From Candidatus Heimdallarchaeota archaeon (GTDB lineage Archaea > Asgardarchaeota > Heimdallarchaeia > Heimdallarchaeales > Heimdallarchaeaceae), in assembly GCA_030611665.1 (NCBI GenBank), contig JAUWPI010000001.1:97-64096 (forward strand): a stretch of DNA of 64,000 bases. Reading direction: 5' to 3'. A model generated the notes under the pieces. That model was not told the origin of the DNA. It worked only from the letters and a program-made list of their open reading frames with translations, and did not search any database. The first letter of the stretch is position 1, and every line of letters begins with the position of its first letter. A program made the translations under genes and the position numbers. This document shows, in pieces, positions 1-9,203 of this stretch.

Positions 1-76
1 TCCTTCAAAGTATACTTAACACCACAGTATTTAAGCACAAAAAAAATGTACAAAAAATTAGTTATAAGCTTATCTT

Positions 77-499
77 CTATATAAACCATGTAAATAGTGT
101 TGGAAAGTTTGCTGGTGTAAAATCGGTAACGCCAACTAATCCCATGATTATTAAGAATACCCAACTCAATAGAAACCATAGTAATAATGTTCCTAATGTT
201 GTAAATCCTGCACTCTTATCACCAACTCCTCCTAAGGTAATCCATATTACCCAACATAGGAAGAATATTATGACTCCAAATAGAATCTTGAGAGCAGAAC
301 CCAATCCGTCAATATATACCCATCCAAATACCCACGCTGTGGATATTACTGCTGATAGGATAATATTTAACCAGGTCCATCTTCGAGAGTCTCTTCTAAA
401 CATAATCCCGCACATTATTGCGGATGATATATAGAATAAAGCAAAGTTTATACCAACTATAGCTATAGTTAGCCATGGTTCTACTAATGCCATATTCAT
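77..499 (-). CDS. Polytopic membrane protein, hypothetical
   Basis: 140 aa with 4-5 hydrophobic helices; no recognisable motif. Confidence 0.4.
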   Translation of the reverse strand: MNMALVEPWLTIAIVGINFALFYISSAIMCGIMFRRDSRRWTWLNIILSAVISTAWVFGWVYIDGLGSALKILFGVIIFFLCWVIWITLGGVGDKSAGFTTLGTLLLWFLLSWVFLIIMGLVGVTDFTPANFPTLFTWFI

Positions 500-599
500 T
501 GATTACATCATTTAGTAAATAAACTTTATTTCAGAGGAAGAGCAAGAAATAAAAAGTAAAGCGCAACATTAACAAGACAGGAGTCTTATATTACAAATA

Positions 600-1736
600 G
601 TGATCTTCATTCCATCTCAAGAAGAATATGTAAAGAAGTGTTTCATCTGCTATGAAGAGAAATTAGTGGCTAGTATCTTATCTGTTTGTAAAGATTGTTT
701 GAGGAAAGGATCTACGAAAGCAGCGGAGCTGATAATAAATGCTCATAAAAAGGCTAGATTAAACTATAATCTTCCTTTAACTGCTCCTAATAATGATAGA
801 GTAAGTTGTTCTTTATGTAATCATAATTGCGGAATAGATGAGAATGAAACAAGTTATTGTGGTTTGAGATTTAGAGAGAATGATGTTAAAATTTCTACAT
901 ATTCTACAAAAGAAATAGGGTTGCTTCACAATTATGTTGACCCACTTCCTTGTAATTGTTGTGCAGCGTGGTTTTGTCCTGCAGGTACTGGAGCTGGCTA
1001 TCCTGAATATGCTTCTAGTCAAGATAAAGAACTAGGATTTTACAATCTATCTGTATTCTTTTATGGATGTTCTTTCGATTGTCTTTTTTGCCAGAATCAT
1101 AATCACAAGAGAATAAATAATGGTACTAAAGTCTCAGCATCGCACCTAGTTAAGAAATTTCAAAACAATCCCAAAATTAATTGTATTTGTTTCTTTGGTG
1201 GATCACCAGAACCTCAGTTTCCCTTTGCAATAAACGTTTCTGAACAAATACTTGAAATCGCAGAAACTGAAAATAGAATAGCTAGAATCTGCTGGGAATG
1301 GAATGGTTTTGGTAATAAACATTATGTCAAAAAAGCTGCTGCACTTTCCTTAAAGTCTGGTGGCAATATTAAATTTGATTTAAAAGCTTGGGATTCAAAT
1401 ATTCATCAAGCTTTAACAGGAGTGAAAAATGAAGCCGTATTGGAAAATTTTAGCTATGTAGGTGGGGAATTCTTTGATTTAAGACCGGAGTTACCTATCT
1501 TGAATGCAACAACTCTTCTAGTTCCTGGTTATGTAGATGAAGTTGAAGTAGAAAACATTGCTTCTTTCATTTCCTCAATTAATGAAAACATTCCTTATTC
1601 ATTACTTGGTTTCTATCCGCAGTTTGAGTTTTCTGACCTTCCTCTTACAACTTTAGATCTAGCCGAAAAATGCTACAATATTGCATCAAAATATCTTAAG
1701 AATGTGAATATAGGCAATAGACATTTACTGTTTTAA
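600..1736 (+). CDS. Radical SAM enzyme, PflA/AmrS-like (AmmeMemoRadiSam-type activase family) with extra N-terminal zinc ribbon
   Basis: CX3CX2C radical-SAM cluster motif GCSFDCLFCQN. Upstream CSLCNHNCGI motif is typical of AmrS/PFL-AE-like proteins. N-terminal CFICYEE...CKDC zinc ribbon. No ATG near the 5' end, so a GTG start at 600 is implied, with a GGAG about 20 nt upstream. Confidence 0.65.
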   Translation: MIFIPSQEEYVKKCFICYEEKLVASILSVCKDCLRKGSTKAAELIINAHKKARLNYNLPLTAPNNDRVSCSLCNHNCGIDENETSYCGLRFRENDVKISTYSTKEIGLLHNYVDPLPCNCCAAWFCPAGTGAGYPEYASSQDKELGFYNLSVFFYGCSFDCLFCQNHNHKRINNGTKVSASHLVKKFQNNPKINCICFFGGSPEPQFPFAINVSEQILEIAETENRIARICWEWNGFGNKHYVKKAAALSLKSGGNIKFDLKAWDSNIHQALTGVKNEAVLENFSYVGGEFFDLRPELPILNATTLLVPGYVDEVEVENIASFISSINENIPYSLLGFYPQFEFSDLPLTTLDLAEKCYNIASKYLKNVNIGNRHLLF

Positions 1737-2095
1737 CTGACTCTGAAGAAATGGCTAATACATTTCTTTTTACAATCACTATTACCAAATCCTGTAATAG
1801 GAACTGTTTTTTCTATATCCCCAATTATTTTGGATAACTCGCACTCTATTCTCTGTTTGAATAACACTCCTACACCAATTATATCTGAAAATTTACTTGA
1901 TGTAATTTGATCAATATGCCAATGTTTTTTCTTTATTTTTCTGAGGTGTCGATGTAATCTAGAAGATAATCCACCTGCACCAAAAGCACTACCAATATAA
2001 ACGTAATAACCAGCGTTTAGGAAGAGTGTTTTTCCCCTTATTCTAATTTCAACTGATTCAATGATTTTTATGAACAGAAGATAGGTTCCTTTCAA
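1733..2095 (-). CDS. DUF123 / GIY-YIG-like (Uri superfamily) small protein
   Basis: GYYVYIGSA...RLHRHL...HWHID pattern characteristic of DUF123 GIY-YIG-like proteins. Confidence 0.5.
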   Translation of the reverse strand: MKGTYLLFIKIIESVEIRIRGKTLFLNAGYYVYIGSAFGAGGLSSRLHRHLRKIKKKHWHIDQITSSKFSDIIGVGVLFKQRIECELSKIIGDIEKTVPITGFGNSDCKKKCISHFFRVS

Positions 2096-2133
2096 ACCAT
2101 ATGTGAAATTGATAACTGACTCAGCGAGAATAA

Positions 2134-3168
2134 TTATCCCTCTTCTAGTTCAGAAGCTTTTTTCCAATTTTCCTCAGCTTTATCTATATCACCTGTATCT
2201 TCTTGAATATCTCCCATTAGCTGAAAAATTCTACTATCTAGACCATTGAATCTTTTGGCATCTTCTAACAGAGATAAAGCTACTTTATATTCCTTCGATG
2301 CCCAGTGTAGAGATGCAAGAGAGATAGAAGCTTCAACAAATGAAGGATCAATGGTTAAGCACTCTTCATAGTTTTTCATAGCTTCCTCAATATTCGCAAT
2401 TGATGCGTATATACTAGCTAAATGGTGAAACCCTAATACATTGTCTGGGTCTATTTCTACAACTTTTGTAAAAGCTTCTAAGGCTTGCAAATGCTCCTGA
2501 TTCAACTCATAGGTAGATCCAAGTTGAAACCATCCAGAAAGATTTTCGGCATTGATTTTAGTAACTTTCCTAAAATAGCTAATGGCTCTTTCGAAATTAT
2601 CTAGTTCAATGTAAGTTTGACCGATTTGTTGAAGTATTTGTTCATTGTCAGGATCAATTTGCTCAGCTTTCATAAGATTGTTCCAGCTCTCAATGTCATT
2701 GCCCATTTTATTATATATTGTTGCAACTAAACTGAAAATCTCTAGCTTTTCATCGTATTCGAGATATTTTAAGAAGGCTTGGATGGCTTCAGGATATTCA
2801 CCAATGTCATAATGTAAGTTTCCAACCTTTTCCCAGATCATAAATCTTTTTTCATCCAACTCACAAGCTTTTTTCCATGAAATGATGGCTTGTTCCCAAT
2901 TTCTCAGATGGAAAAAAGTATCCCCAATGTTGTCAAGAGTTTCGGCATTCTCGCTTTGGATTTCCAAAGAACGATTAAGATAATTTAGTGCTGAACTCGG
3001 ATCACTTGTTTTAAGATAAAGTTGACCCAGATAATTCAAAAATCTCGGTGTATTTTCGAATTCAGGTAACTGTCTTTCAAGAAAGCTGATTGCATCCTCG
3101 AGACTATCATTACTGATTAATTCTTTAGTTCTCTGAATAATATCTATAAGATGAATGTCGTCTGCCAT
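2134..3168 (-). CDS. TPR repeat protein
   Basis: Repeated 34-aa W/LG/Y/A/F/A/P-like units (ALNYLNRSLEI, AIQAFLKYLEYD etc.) throughout 344 aa. Confidence 0.7.
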   Translation of the reverse strand: MADDIHLIDIIQRTKELISNDSLEDAISFLERQLPEFENTPRFLNYLGQLYLKTSDPSSALNYLNRSLEIQSENAETLDNIGDTFFHLRNWEQAIISWKKACELDEKRFMIWEKVGNLHYDIGEYPEAIQAFLKYLEYDEKLEIFSLVATIYNKMGNDIESWNNLMKAEQIDPDNEQILQQIGQTYIELDNFERAISYFRKVTKINAENLSGWFQLGSTYELNQEHLQALEAFTKVVEIDPDNVLGFHHLASIYASIANIEEAMKNYEECLTIDPSFVEASISLASLHWASKEYKVALSLLEDAKRFNGLDSRIFQLMGDIQEDTGDIDKAEENWKKASELEEG

Positions 3169-3265
3169 CTATTATAAATCGCTGAATGTCACTTATGAAG
3201 ATTGCGTATTATCCCATGTTGATTTTAGACTAAGAAAGGATTTTTAAATTTCAAAAACGTATTTA

Positions 3266-4168
3266 ATGATGCAGATGTTTCAGGTAATAACTCAGCGGGA
3301 TGATAAAATCGGTTATCATATTCACATGTCAGATATGCCAAGCAAACTTACAGAAGATTCAATTGTGTTTATGCCTGAGTTATCCACAAAACAACTATCT
3401 CATGTGAAATATGTTTCTAAATATACTCATAAGACAGGAGATATTATTATCAAACTAGTAAGAAGTGATGGAAGTGATCCATTCGGAAGACCAAAGGCTC
3501 ACTCCCATGGATTAGTAATACCTTCAGAAGAATATAATCTCAATTCCTTATTGTATTATTCATCACCCTTAATTGATACAAATCACTTTGATGAGAAATT
3601 TGATGAACCGCAATTTCTTGATAGTAGTTGTTTCAGAAAATCAAGAAATAAAATACTTGAAATATTAGATTTAAAGGATATTCGCGAGCTCCTGGTTGCA
3701 ACTATGATCGATCCAAAAGTTACAATACAACCTAATCTAGAACACCGAAAACTGATAGAACTAGCAAGTCTATTAGATAAAGCAATACCATTTGAGGCAT
3801 CATACGATTTCTCTTTAATAACCTATTCAGACAGCAGCTGTAACCAACATTTAGTGCATAATATCCTTTATTTTTTTGACAAAAATCAGAAAATAAATGA
3901 CAAAATAATAATTAAAAACAAAAAGTCGCGGATTGAGAAAATAGCTAAAGAAGAAAAGGATTATCTTGATAATTATATTGAATTGATTATCGAAGAAAAC
4001 TATGAAAGAATTCTAGAAGAGCATGCAAAATGGGTTATAGGAATGTATCATCAGGATCATAAAGAATTACAAAGGGGTTTTACTAAACGCTACCAGCTTG
4101 ACATGCCTTTCTCACGTAGGAACAAATTTCATGCTCGTTTGGTTGAATCACTATCTCATTTTGAGTGA
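3266..4168 (+). CDS. Hypothetical protein
   Basis: 300-aa ORF with ATG start and coding-like composition; no motif recognised. Confidence 0.4.
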   Translation: MMQMFQVITQRDDKIGYHIHMSDMPSKLTEDSIVFMPELSTKQLSHVKYVSKYTHKTGDIIIKLVRSDGSDPFGRPKAHSHGLVIPSEEYNLNSLLYYSSPLIDTNHFDEKFDEPQFLDSSCFRKSRNKILEILDLKDIRELLVATMIDPKVTIQPNLEHRKLIELASLLDKAIPFEASYDFSLITYSDSSCNQHLVHNILYFFDKNQKINDKIIIKNKKSRIEKIAKEEKDYLDNYIELIIEENYERILEEHAKWVIGMYHQDHKELQRGFTKRYQLDMPFSRRNKFHARLVESLSHFE

Positions 4169-4351
4169 ACGTTTCTGTAAATCATTTACAGATATAAAGC
4201 ATATTCCTGAAATCTTCACAAGCCATTCAAGAAAGCTTATTCAAGAATGATAGGATTGTGTTCTGTTTTTAGAAAAAGGAAAGGTTCTCTACTCAGGCTC
4301 TGTTGATGGACTCGAAAACATCCCCGAAGCAGAAGAATATTTGGGTCCTTT

Positions 4352-4759
4352 CTAAGTTTTATATTTTAGTAGAACATTTCTGTACATTTCAATACATTTT
4401 TCTTCAGTTAATTTTGAAACAGCTTTTATCATTCGCTTACTAATTTGTTCTATGTTTTGTTTAAGTTTTTCTCTAATTTCTGTCATAGACAAACTAGAAT
4501 AAACAAATTTGTAACCTCCTCGTTCAAGTGTTATTTTGTCACTCCTTACAAAACCAATAGCTAGTAATTTCTTTATTGATCTTGAGATAGTTGCTCTATC
4601 CTTTGGAATCACAGCTATTATACCTTTAATGTCCAATGGTTGACCCTGATGAACACAAGAGAGTACTTCAAGTTCATTATCAGTTAGTGCATGGAAGGCT
4701 TTGATTATGTCAAAACAGGTTATTTCGTCTGAATCAAAAGAAGAAAGGGAGAAAGACAT
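4352..4759 (-). CDS. Winged-helix (TrmB/MarR-like) DNA-binding protein, putative regulator of the adjacent sulfur operon
   Basis: 135 aa, HTH-like segment ATISRSIKKLLAIGFVRSD; last gene of a co-directional cluster. Confidence 0.45.
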   Translation of the reverse strand: MSFSLSSFDSDEITCFDIIKAFHALTDNELEVLSCVHQGQPLDIKGIIAVIPKDRATISRSIKKLLAIGFVRSDKITLERGGYKFVYSSLSMTEIREKLKQNIEQISKRMIKAVSKLTEEKCIEMYRNVLLKYKT

Positions 4760-4771
4760 TTTTGTTCACCT

Positions 4772-5146
4772 TTAGAAAGTAAATGTTACATCTGCATCTA
4801 GTGCTTGAGTAACAAAATACATTCCACCTACTATATCGTCAACTTCATCTATAAAGTCTTCTCTGGTTAGACCATATCTTTCAAGAGTTGGACTGCAAAC
4901 GTATATCTTAACTCCGTATTCTTTTACTTCTCGAACTGATTCGAGATAAGTGTTCTTACCCATGGGAACAATACGTTCAGCATTACCTTTTTTCAAAAGC
5001 AATCCTCCTGACATGGAGTATACCATAATTACTTCAGTGTCAAGAGCAGCACCTAAACTTGCTAAGTGTAGAGGTGGTTCTAGTCTATCAGGATAGTTTT
5101 CACCAAAAGTCACCATGATAAGAATTTTTTGTCCCAATCGTTTCAC
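4772..5146 (-). CDS. DsrE/DsrF/TusD-like sulfur-relay protein
   Basis: 124 aa. KILIMVT N-terminal beta-strand and conserved Cys in YVCSPT typical of the DsrE family. GTG start implied. Confidence 0.6.
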   Translation of the reverse strand: MKRLGQKILIMVTFGENYPDRLEPPLHLASLGAALDTEVIMVYSMSGGLLLKKGNAERIVPMGKNTYLESVREVKEYGVKIYVCSPTLERYGLTREDFIDEVDDIVGGMYFVTQALDADVTFTF

Positions 5147-5620
5147 CTAAACATAGAGATTTATATCTGCTTCAGAAGCAAATTCTAACATTGTTGCAGC
5201 TCCACCGACAACACATTCGTCGATGAGATCTTTTCTCTTGAAGCCCATAACATCCATAGTCATTTGACATGCTATTAGTTTAACACCAGCTTCTATGGAA
5301 AGATCCATTAGTTCCTGTAAAGTTGCGACATTTGCTTTTTTCATCCAGCTCTTCATCATCATTGTGGCCATTCCTGTCATTCCTGGTAACATACCAACAA
5401 TTTGTGGAATGGGCATAGGCATTGCAGTTTCTCCAGCTGGAGTGATCTTTATTTTCTTCAAGTTATTCTTCTTCAACATATTTAGTCCAAAGAATGTGAA
5501 GAAAATACTTACTTCATAATCCATTGCTGCTGCTGTAGAGCCTAATATCAAAGGTGTATAAGCACCTGGTATATCTCCTTTAGAAGCAATGATCATTAAT
5601 CTTTTCTTTTTTTCTACCAT
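5147..5620 (-). CDS. DsrE-like (DsrE2-type) sulfur-relay protein
   Basis: 157 aa. RLMIIASKGD N-terminus and IACQMTMD conserved Cys region. Adjacent to TusA. Confidence 0.55.
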   Translation of the reverse strand: MVEKKKRLMIIASKGDIPGAYTPLILGSTAAAMDYEVSIFFTFFGLNMLKKNNLKKIKITPAGETAMPMPIPQIVGMLPGMTGMATMMMKSWMKKANVATLQELMDLSIEAGVKLIACQMTMDVMGFKRKDLIDECVVGGAATMLEFASEADINLYV

Positions 5621-5633
5621 TTTAATTCCTCAT

Positions 5634-5873
5634 TTATTTATTTCTCTTAATTATATAGCGATAAACGCTACCATCTACAGAATGTTCTATAAGTTCATTT
5701 CCTGTAGATCTCGTCCAAGCTTGAAAATCAGCTTCTGATCCTGGATCAGTGGCTAGGATTTCCAAGTATTCACCAATTCCTATTGCCATCATTGCTTTCT
5801 TAGTTTTGAGAATAGGAAGTGGGCAACTCATATTTCGTGCATCAAGTGTATTTGCTATTTTTATGTCTGACAT
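5634..5873 (-). CDS. tusA: TusA-like sulfurtransferase
   Basis: CPxP motif (LDARNMSCPLPILKTKKA) characteristic of TusA. Start trimmed to the ATG at 5873 so that it does not overlap the upstream gene. Confidence 0.7.
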   Translation of the reverse strand: MSDIKIANTLDARNMSCPLPILKTKKAMMAIGIGEYLEILATDPGSEADFQAWTRSTGNELIEHSVDGSVYRYIIKRNK

Positions 5874-5883
5874 ATTTTTCACC

Positions 5884-7026
5884 TTATAGATATCCCTTAA
5901 GTATAGCTTTGAAGTAAACAATTTTGAATGCTTTTTTTACAAGTCCATAAATGAAGAGATTGTGTAAACCAAACTTCTTTGGTGGGTATGCATAGCTAAA
6001 GAAGAGTAATAGAGAACGTCTTGGAGATGTAACAACAAAGCAGATGGTAAAACCATTGTATCTCTCTGTAGGTTCTTTGCCATCCATCTCCAGAATAAGA
6101 TTTTTTGCAACTGTAGGTGCTGAGAAGTGAGAAACTGCACCTGATTTTGAAACAGGTAAGTTTGTACAATCACCAATGGCATAGATATTATCATGATCTT
6201 TGACTTTTAGAGTAAATCTATCTGTAGGAACAAAACCTTCTCTATCTCCTAATCCGGCTTCAATTATTACTTTATGACCTTCGTGAGGGGGAATTAGTAC
6301 AAGTAAATCGTATTCGATTTCATCCCCTTCAAGAGAGATAATTTTGTTATTTTCCTTATCAACATTTTCAAAATTAAAGAATTCAACAAATTCTATTCCT
6401 CTCTTATCATAGAGTTTCTGTATTTTTTCTGCAACTCTAGGTTCAGGATAAGGTCTAAGAAGAGGGTATAGGAACTTGATTGTTGATTTATCTCTAATTT
6501 TTCGTTTCCTTAAATATCTATCAACCATAAACGCAAATTCCATTGGTGCAGGAGGGCATTTATAGGGAACTGTAGATGGAGAAATTACAACTGTTCCTCC
6601 ATTGAAGTTTCTCAAAGCTTCTTGAAGTTCTGCTGTTGCTTGAGTTAAATAGAAATGATGAACATTGTCCTTATCATAAGCACCAACCTTCTCTTCTGCC
6701 ATTCGAGCTCCGGTAGCTATAACTAAATAATCATAAAGTATCGTTTCGCCGTTTGATAACTCTACGGATTTGATTTTTGTATCTATTTTTGTTGCCGTTG
6801 CAGGAATGTGTTGAACTCCTTTTTTCAAGACTTTTCTGATTGGGGCATGAAATTTTTTCAATGGATCCTTCCTAAAACTCCAATATAGATAAAATGGTTC
6901 ATAGACGGTGTCTTCCCTTGGTTCAATGAGAATGATACTAACGTCTTTCCGTTTGGTTTTCATGGCAATTTTGTTGGCAACATTTATGCCACTAAAACCC
7001 CCACCAACTATAACTACTCGTTGCAT
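5884..7026 (-). CDS. FAD-dependent pyridine nucleotide-disulfide oxidoreductase, sulfide:quinone oxidoreductase (SQR)-like
   Basis: N-terminal Rossmann VVIVGGGFSGINVANK and SQR-like Cys motif YKCPPAPMEF. Start moved to the internal ATG at 7026, which begins MQRVVIVGGG and removes the overlap with the upstream TusA gene. Confidence 0.65.
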   Translation of the reverse strand: MQRVVIVGGGFSGINVANKIAMKTKRKDVSIILIEPREDTVYEPFYLYWSFRKDPLKKFHAPIRKVLKKGVQHIPATATKIDTKIKSVELSNGETILYDYLVIATGARMAEEKVGAYDKDNVHHFYLTQATAELQEALRNFNGGTVVISPSTVPYKCPPAPMEFAFMVDRYLRKRKIRDKSTIKFLYPLLRPYPEPRVAEKIQKLYDKRGIEFVEFFNFENVDKENNKIISLEGDEIEYDLLVLIPPHEGHKVIIEAGLGDREGFVPTDRFTLKVKDHDNIYAIGDCTNLPVSKSGAVSHFSAPTVAKNLILEMDGKEPTERYNGFTICFVVTSPRRSLLLFFSYAYPPKKFGLHNLFIYGLVKKAFKIVYFKAILKGYL

Positions 7027-7036
7027 AAATATCCCT

Positions 7037-7282
7037 CTAGTGTAGCTTCTTGACGATGTAACGATCGTATCCATCCTCATATATGACTTCAACAAGATCA
7101 TGTTTTGCTTTGGTAATCCATGCAGGAACATCATTTCGTGTTCCAGGTTCTGAGCTAAGAAGAGAGAGAAATTCACCAACTTCAGCTTGACGAATAGCTT
7201 TGATTAGCTCCATCATAGGGCCCGGGCAGAAGCTTCCGCGTGCGTCAACCTCTATTGCTATATTGTAATCTGACATAAACAT
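7037..7282 (-). CDS. tusA: TusA-like sulfurtransferase (second copy)
   Basis: CPxP motif GSFCPGPMMELIKA; 81 aa. Confidence 0.7.
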   Translation of the reverse strand: MFMSDYNIAIEVDARGSFCPGPMMELIKAIRQAEVGEFLSLLSSEPGTRNDVPAWITKAKHDLVEVIYEDGYDRYIVKKLH

Positions 7283-7440
7283 TCACTATTACTGTCGCTT
7301 ATGGAACACCTCTGCACAACCGTTATTTAAGCCTTTTCTTTCGTATAAAAAACGTCTCTCCAAAAATATTTTTCATGTATGATTTCAATCGATTAATTGA
7401 AAGGAAGAAATTTATTAATGTTAAATGTTTCATTATCTCA

Positions 7441-9102
7441 ATGAGAAAGACTCAAGCTCTATTCCTTATTGTTCTATTTGTTAACTTTCAATTTCTCAAT
7501 GTTGTTGTAAATTCTTCAGCAACATTTAACGTTAGAAATCAAGCGACACTTGAACCCTATCGTTGGCTTTGGGAAGAGTTTTCTAATGCTCCCGGGCCAA
7601 TTAGTGGTGAAGATGTAGTTTATTGGGGTGCGAATTTGGGTCCCTATCACAATTACACAGAATTAACAGATAAGCTTGTACTCCTGAATGCTACTTTTCC
7701 TGAAATAGTGGATGTATTTTCTATAGGAAAAACTTGGCATAACAATGATGTGTGGTGTGTAAAATTAACTAATGAAACAGTAACCAGCTCTAAAACTGAA
7801 TATTATATCGTCGCAGAACATCATGCTAGAGAATTAATTTCTGTAGAAAATGCACTCTATTTCATAGATAAAATAGTATATGATTCAATCTTTGGTCTCT
7901 ATGAAGAGCTATTATCAAGTAGAGAATTATATGTCATTCCTATGTTAAACCCTGACGGTATCTCGATTATTCATTGGTTTCCTGAGCAACGAAAAAATCT
8001 TCATCCTATTGACGATGATGGTGATGGGCTCAATGACACCGATATGGATGGTTTACTTGACGATGAGCTGGAAAGGACATATTACTGGGATTCTGTCGCA
8101 AATACTTCTGCTATTCGAGAATTTGATTTAGATAGTGATGGATTCATAGCTGAAGACTTACCTGGAGGAGTTGACCTTAATAGAAATTATGGTGTAAACT
8201 GGGAAGGAACAGGTTCTTCTTCTGTAAAAAATAATCCTCTTTATCGCGGAGCTTATCCCTTCAGTGAGAATGAAACTCAAATCATGAGGGATTTTATGAG
8301 AGAACATGCTTTCAATTTTGCTATTAGTCTTCACAGTGGAGTAAAAGCGATACTAACACCATGGGCTCACAATGGTTCCCTGCCTTTAGCAGATGTAGAT
8401 GAATATAATGCACTACTAGTTGACTTACAAGACATACTCCATTGGCCACTATGGAATGAATCCGCAGGATATATCGCAAATGGTGCTTGGGAGGATTACA
8501 GTTATGCATCTCATGATATTATCTGTTTTACCTTAGAAACATATACGGATATTTGGACAGGGTCATACTTTGATTATTTCAATCCTCCTGGAACTCAGAT
8601 CCTATCTAACTGTGAATATGTTTACCCAGCTATGATCTATTTAGCTGAAGAACCAAGATTAACTTATTCCAACAACCTCCCTAGTATAGAAGTAACAAAC
8701 CCTTCAACAGTTAATCAAGTATTTGAAAATTATACCATAACCTGGACAATGGATGACTTGGATGGAGATAATCTGAATTGTACAGTCTTAGTATCAGATA
8801 ATGGTTGGAACTGGGATGTTTTGGGTACAAATCTTATAGATCAAGCATCCTTTTTCTGGAATGTAAATTCTGTAAATCCAGGTTCATACTATCTAAAAGT
8901 CGCAGTATATGATGGAAAGGATTGGATATCTGATATAAGCGAAATTAGGTTAAACGTCCGAAATGTAAAACCTCCCTCTCCTTTTGCATTCTATATTCTT
9001 GCAGGTATTTTTGGTACTCTAGCAGTTGTCTACCTCTTCTTCTATATACGAAAATCTAAAAATCTTTACAAGATGTGGGGACCTGAAGTTAGTAAAAAGT
9101 AA
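7441..9102 (+). CDS. M14 zinc carboxypeptidase, secreted with C-terminal membrane anchor
   Basis: M14 signature set: HxxE (EHHARE), NPDG, NRNY and second Zn-His (ISLHSG). Signal-like N-terminus from the ATG at 7441. C-terminal TM helix plus a basic tail. Confidence 0.75.
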   Translation: MRKTQALFLIVLFVNFQFLNVVVNSSATFNVRNQATLEPYRWLWEEFSNAPGPISGEDVVYWGANLGPYHNYTELTDKLVLLNATFPEIVDVFSIGKTWHNNDVWCVKLTNETVTSSKTEYYIVAEHHARELISVENALYFIDKIVYDSIFGLYEELLSSRELYVIPMLNPDGISIIHWFPEQRKNLHPIDDDGDGLNDTDMDGLLDDELERTYYWDSVANTSAIREFDLDSDGFIAEDLPGGVDLNRNYGVNWEGTGSSSVKNNPLYRGAYPFSENETQIMRDFMREHAFNFAISLHSGVKAILTPWAHNGSLPLADVDEYNALLVDLQDILHWPLWNESAGYIANGAWEDYSYASHDIICFTLETYTDIWTGSYFDYFNPPGTQILSNCEYVYPAMIYLAEEPRLTYSNNLPSIEVTNPSTVNQVFENYTITWTMDDLDGDNLNCTVLVSDNGWNWDVLGTNLIDQASFFWNVNSVNPGSYYLKVAVYDGKDWISDISEIRLNVRNVKPPSPFAFYILAGIFGTLAVVYLFFYIRKSKNLYKMWGPEVSKK

Positions 9103-9203
9103 CTGAACCATTTCAACACTTCAAGTCTTCTTACCTACCTCTAACAAATGTTTTATAGTCCTTGCTCTATTTGTATAATTATAGGTAAAACAGTTGGGGT
9201 TCA

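Noticed and set aside
144-434. Short ORFs from the six-frame track lying inside or antisense to larger genes (144-434, 813-1022, 5295-5519, 5937-6194, 8324-8509, 9945-10142, 12854-13122, 13991-14506, 14762-14956, 15145-15384, 16480-16734, 18000-18203, 19580-19762, 21566-22108, 23515-23730, 24682-24900, 25343-25651, 26440-26840, 28235-28438, 29625-29852, 30116-30304, 32748-32951, 34063-34302, 34495-34773, 35342-35748, 38779-38994, 39268-39585, 41435-41758, 42086-42268, 46754-47224, 49584-49844, 51267-51730, 51827-52027, 53091-53411, 53592-53804, 55367-55588, 55751-56053, 59714-60467, 62236-62424, 62818-63054)
   Set aside because: They overlap well-supported longer ORFs on another frame or strand. 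They show low-complexity or AT-codon-driven composition and no motifs. 15145-15384 is simply the mirror of the 9-bp repeat.
4169-4351. Possible C/D-box sRNA (UGAUGA/CUGA-like strings) in intergenic spacers at 4169-4351 and 47338-47528
   Set aside because: Only partial box matches, without properly spaced C/D/C'/D' boxes or terminal stem. This is indistinguishable from chance in AT-rich sequence.
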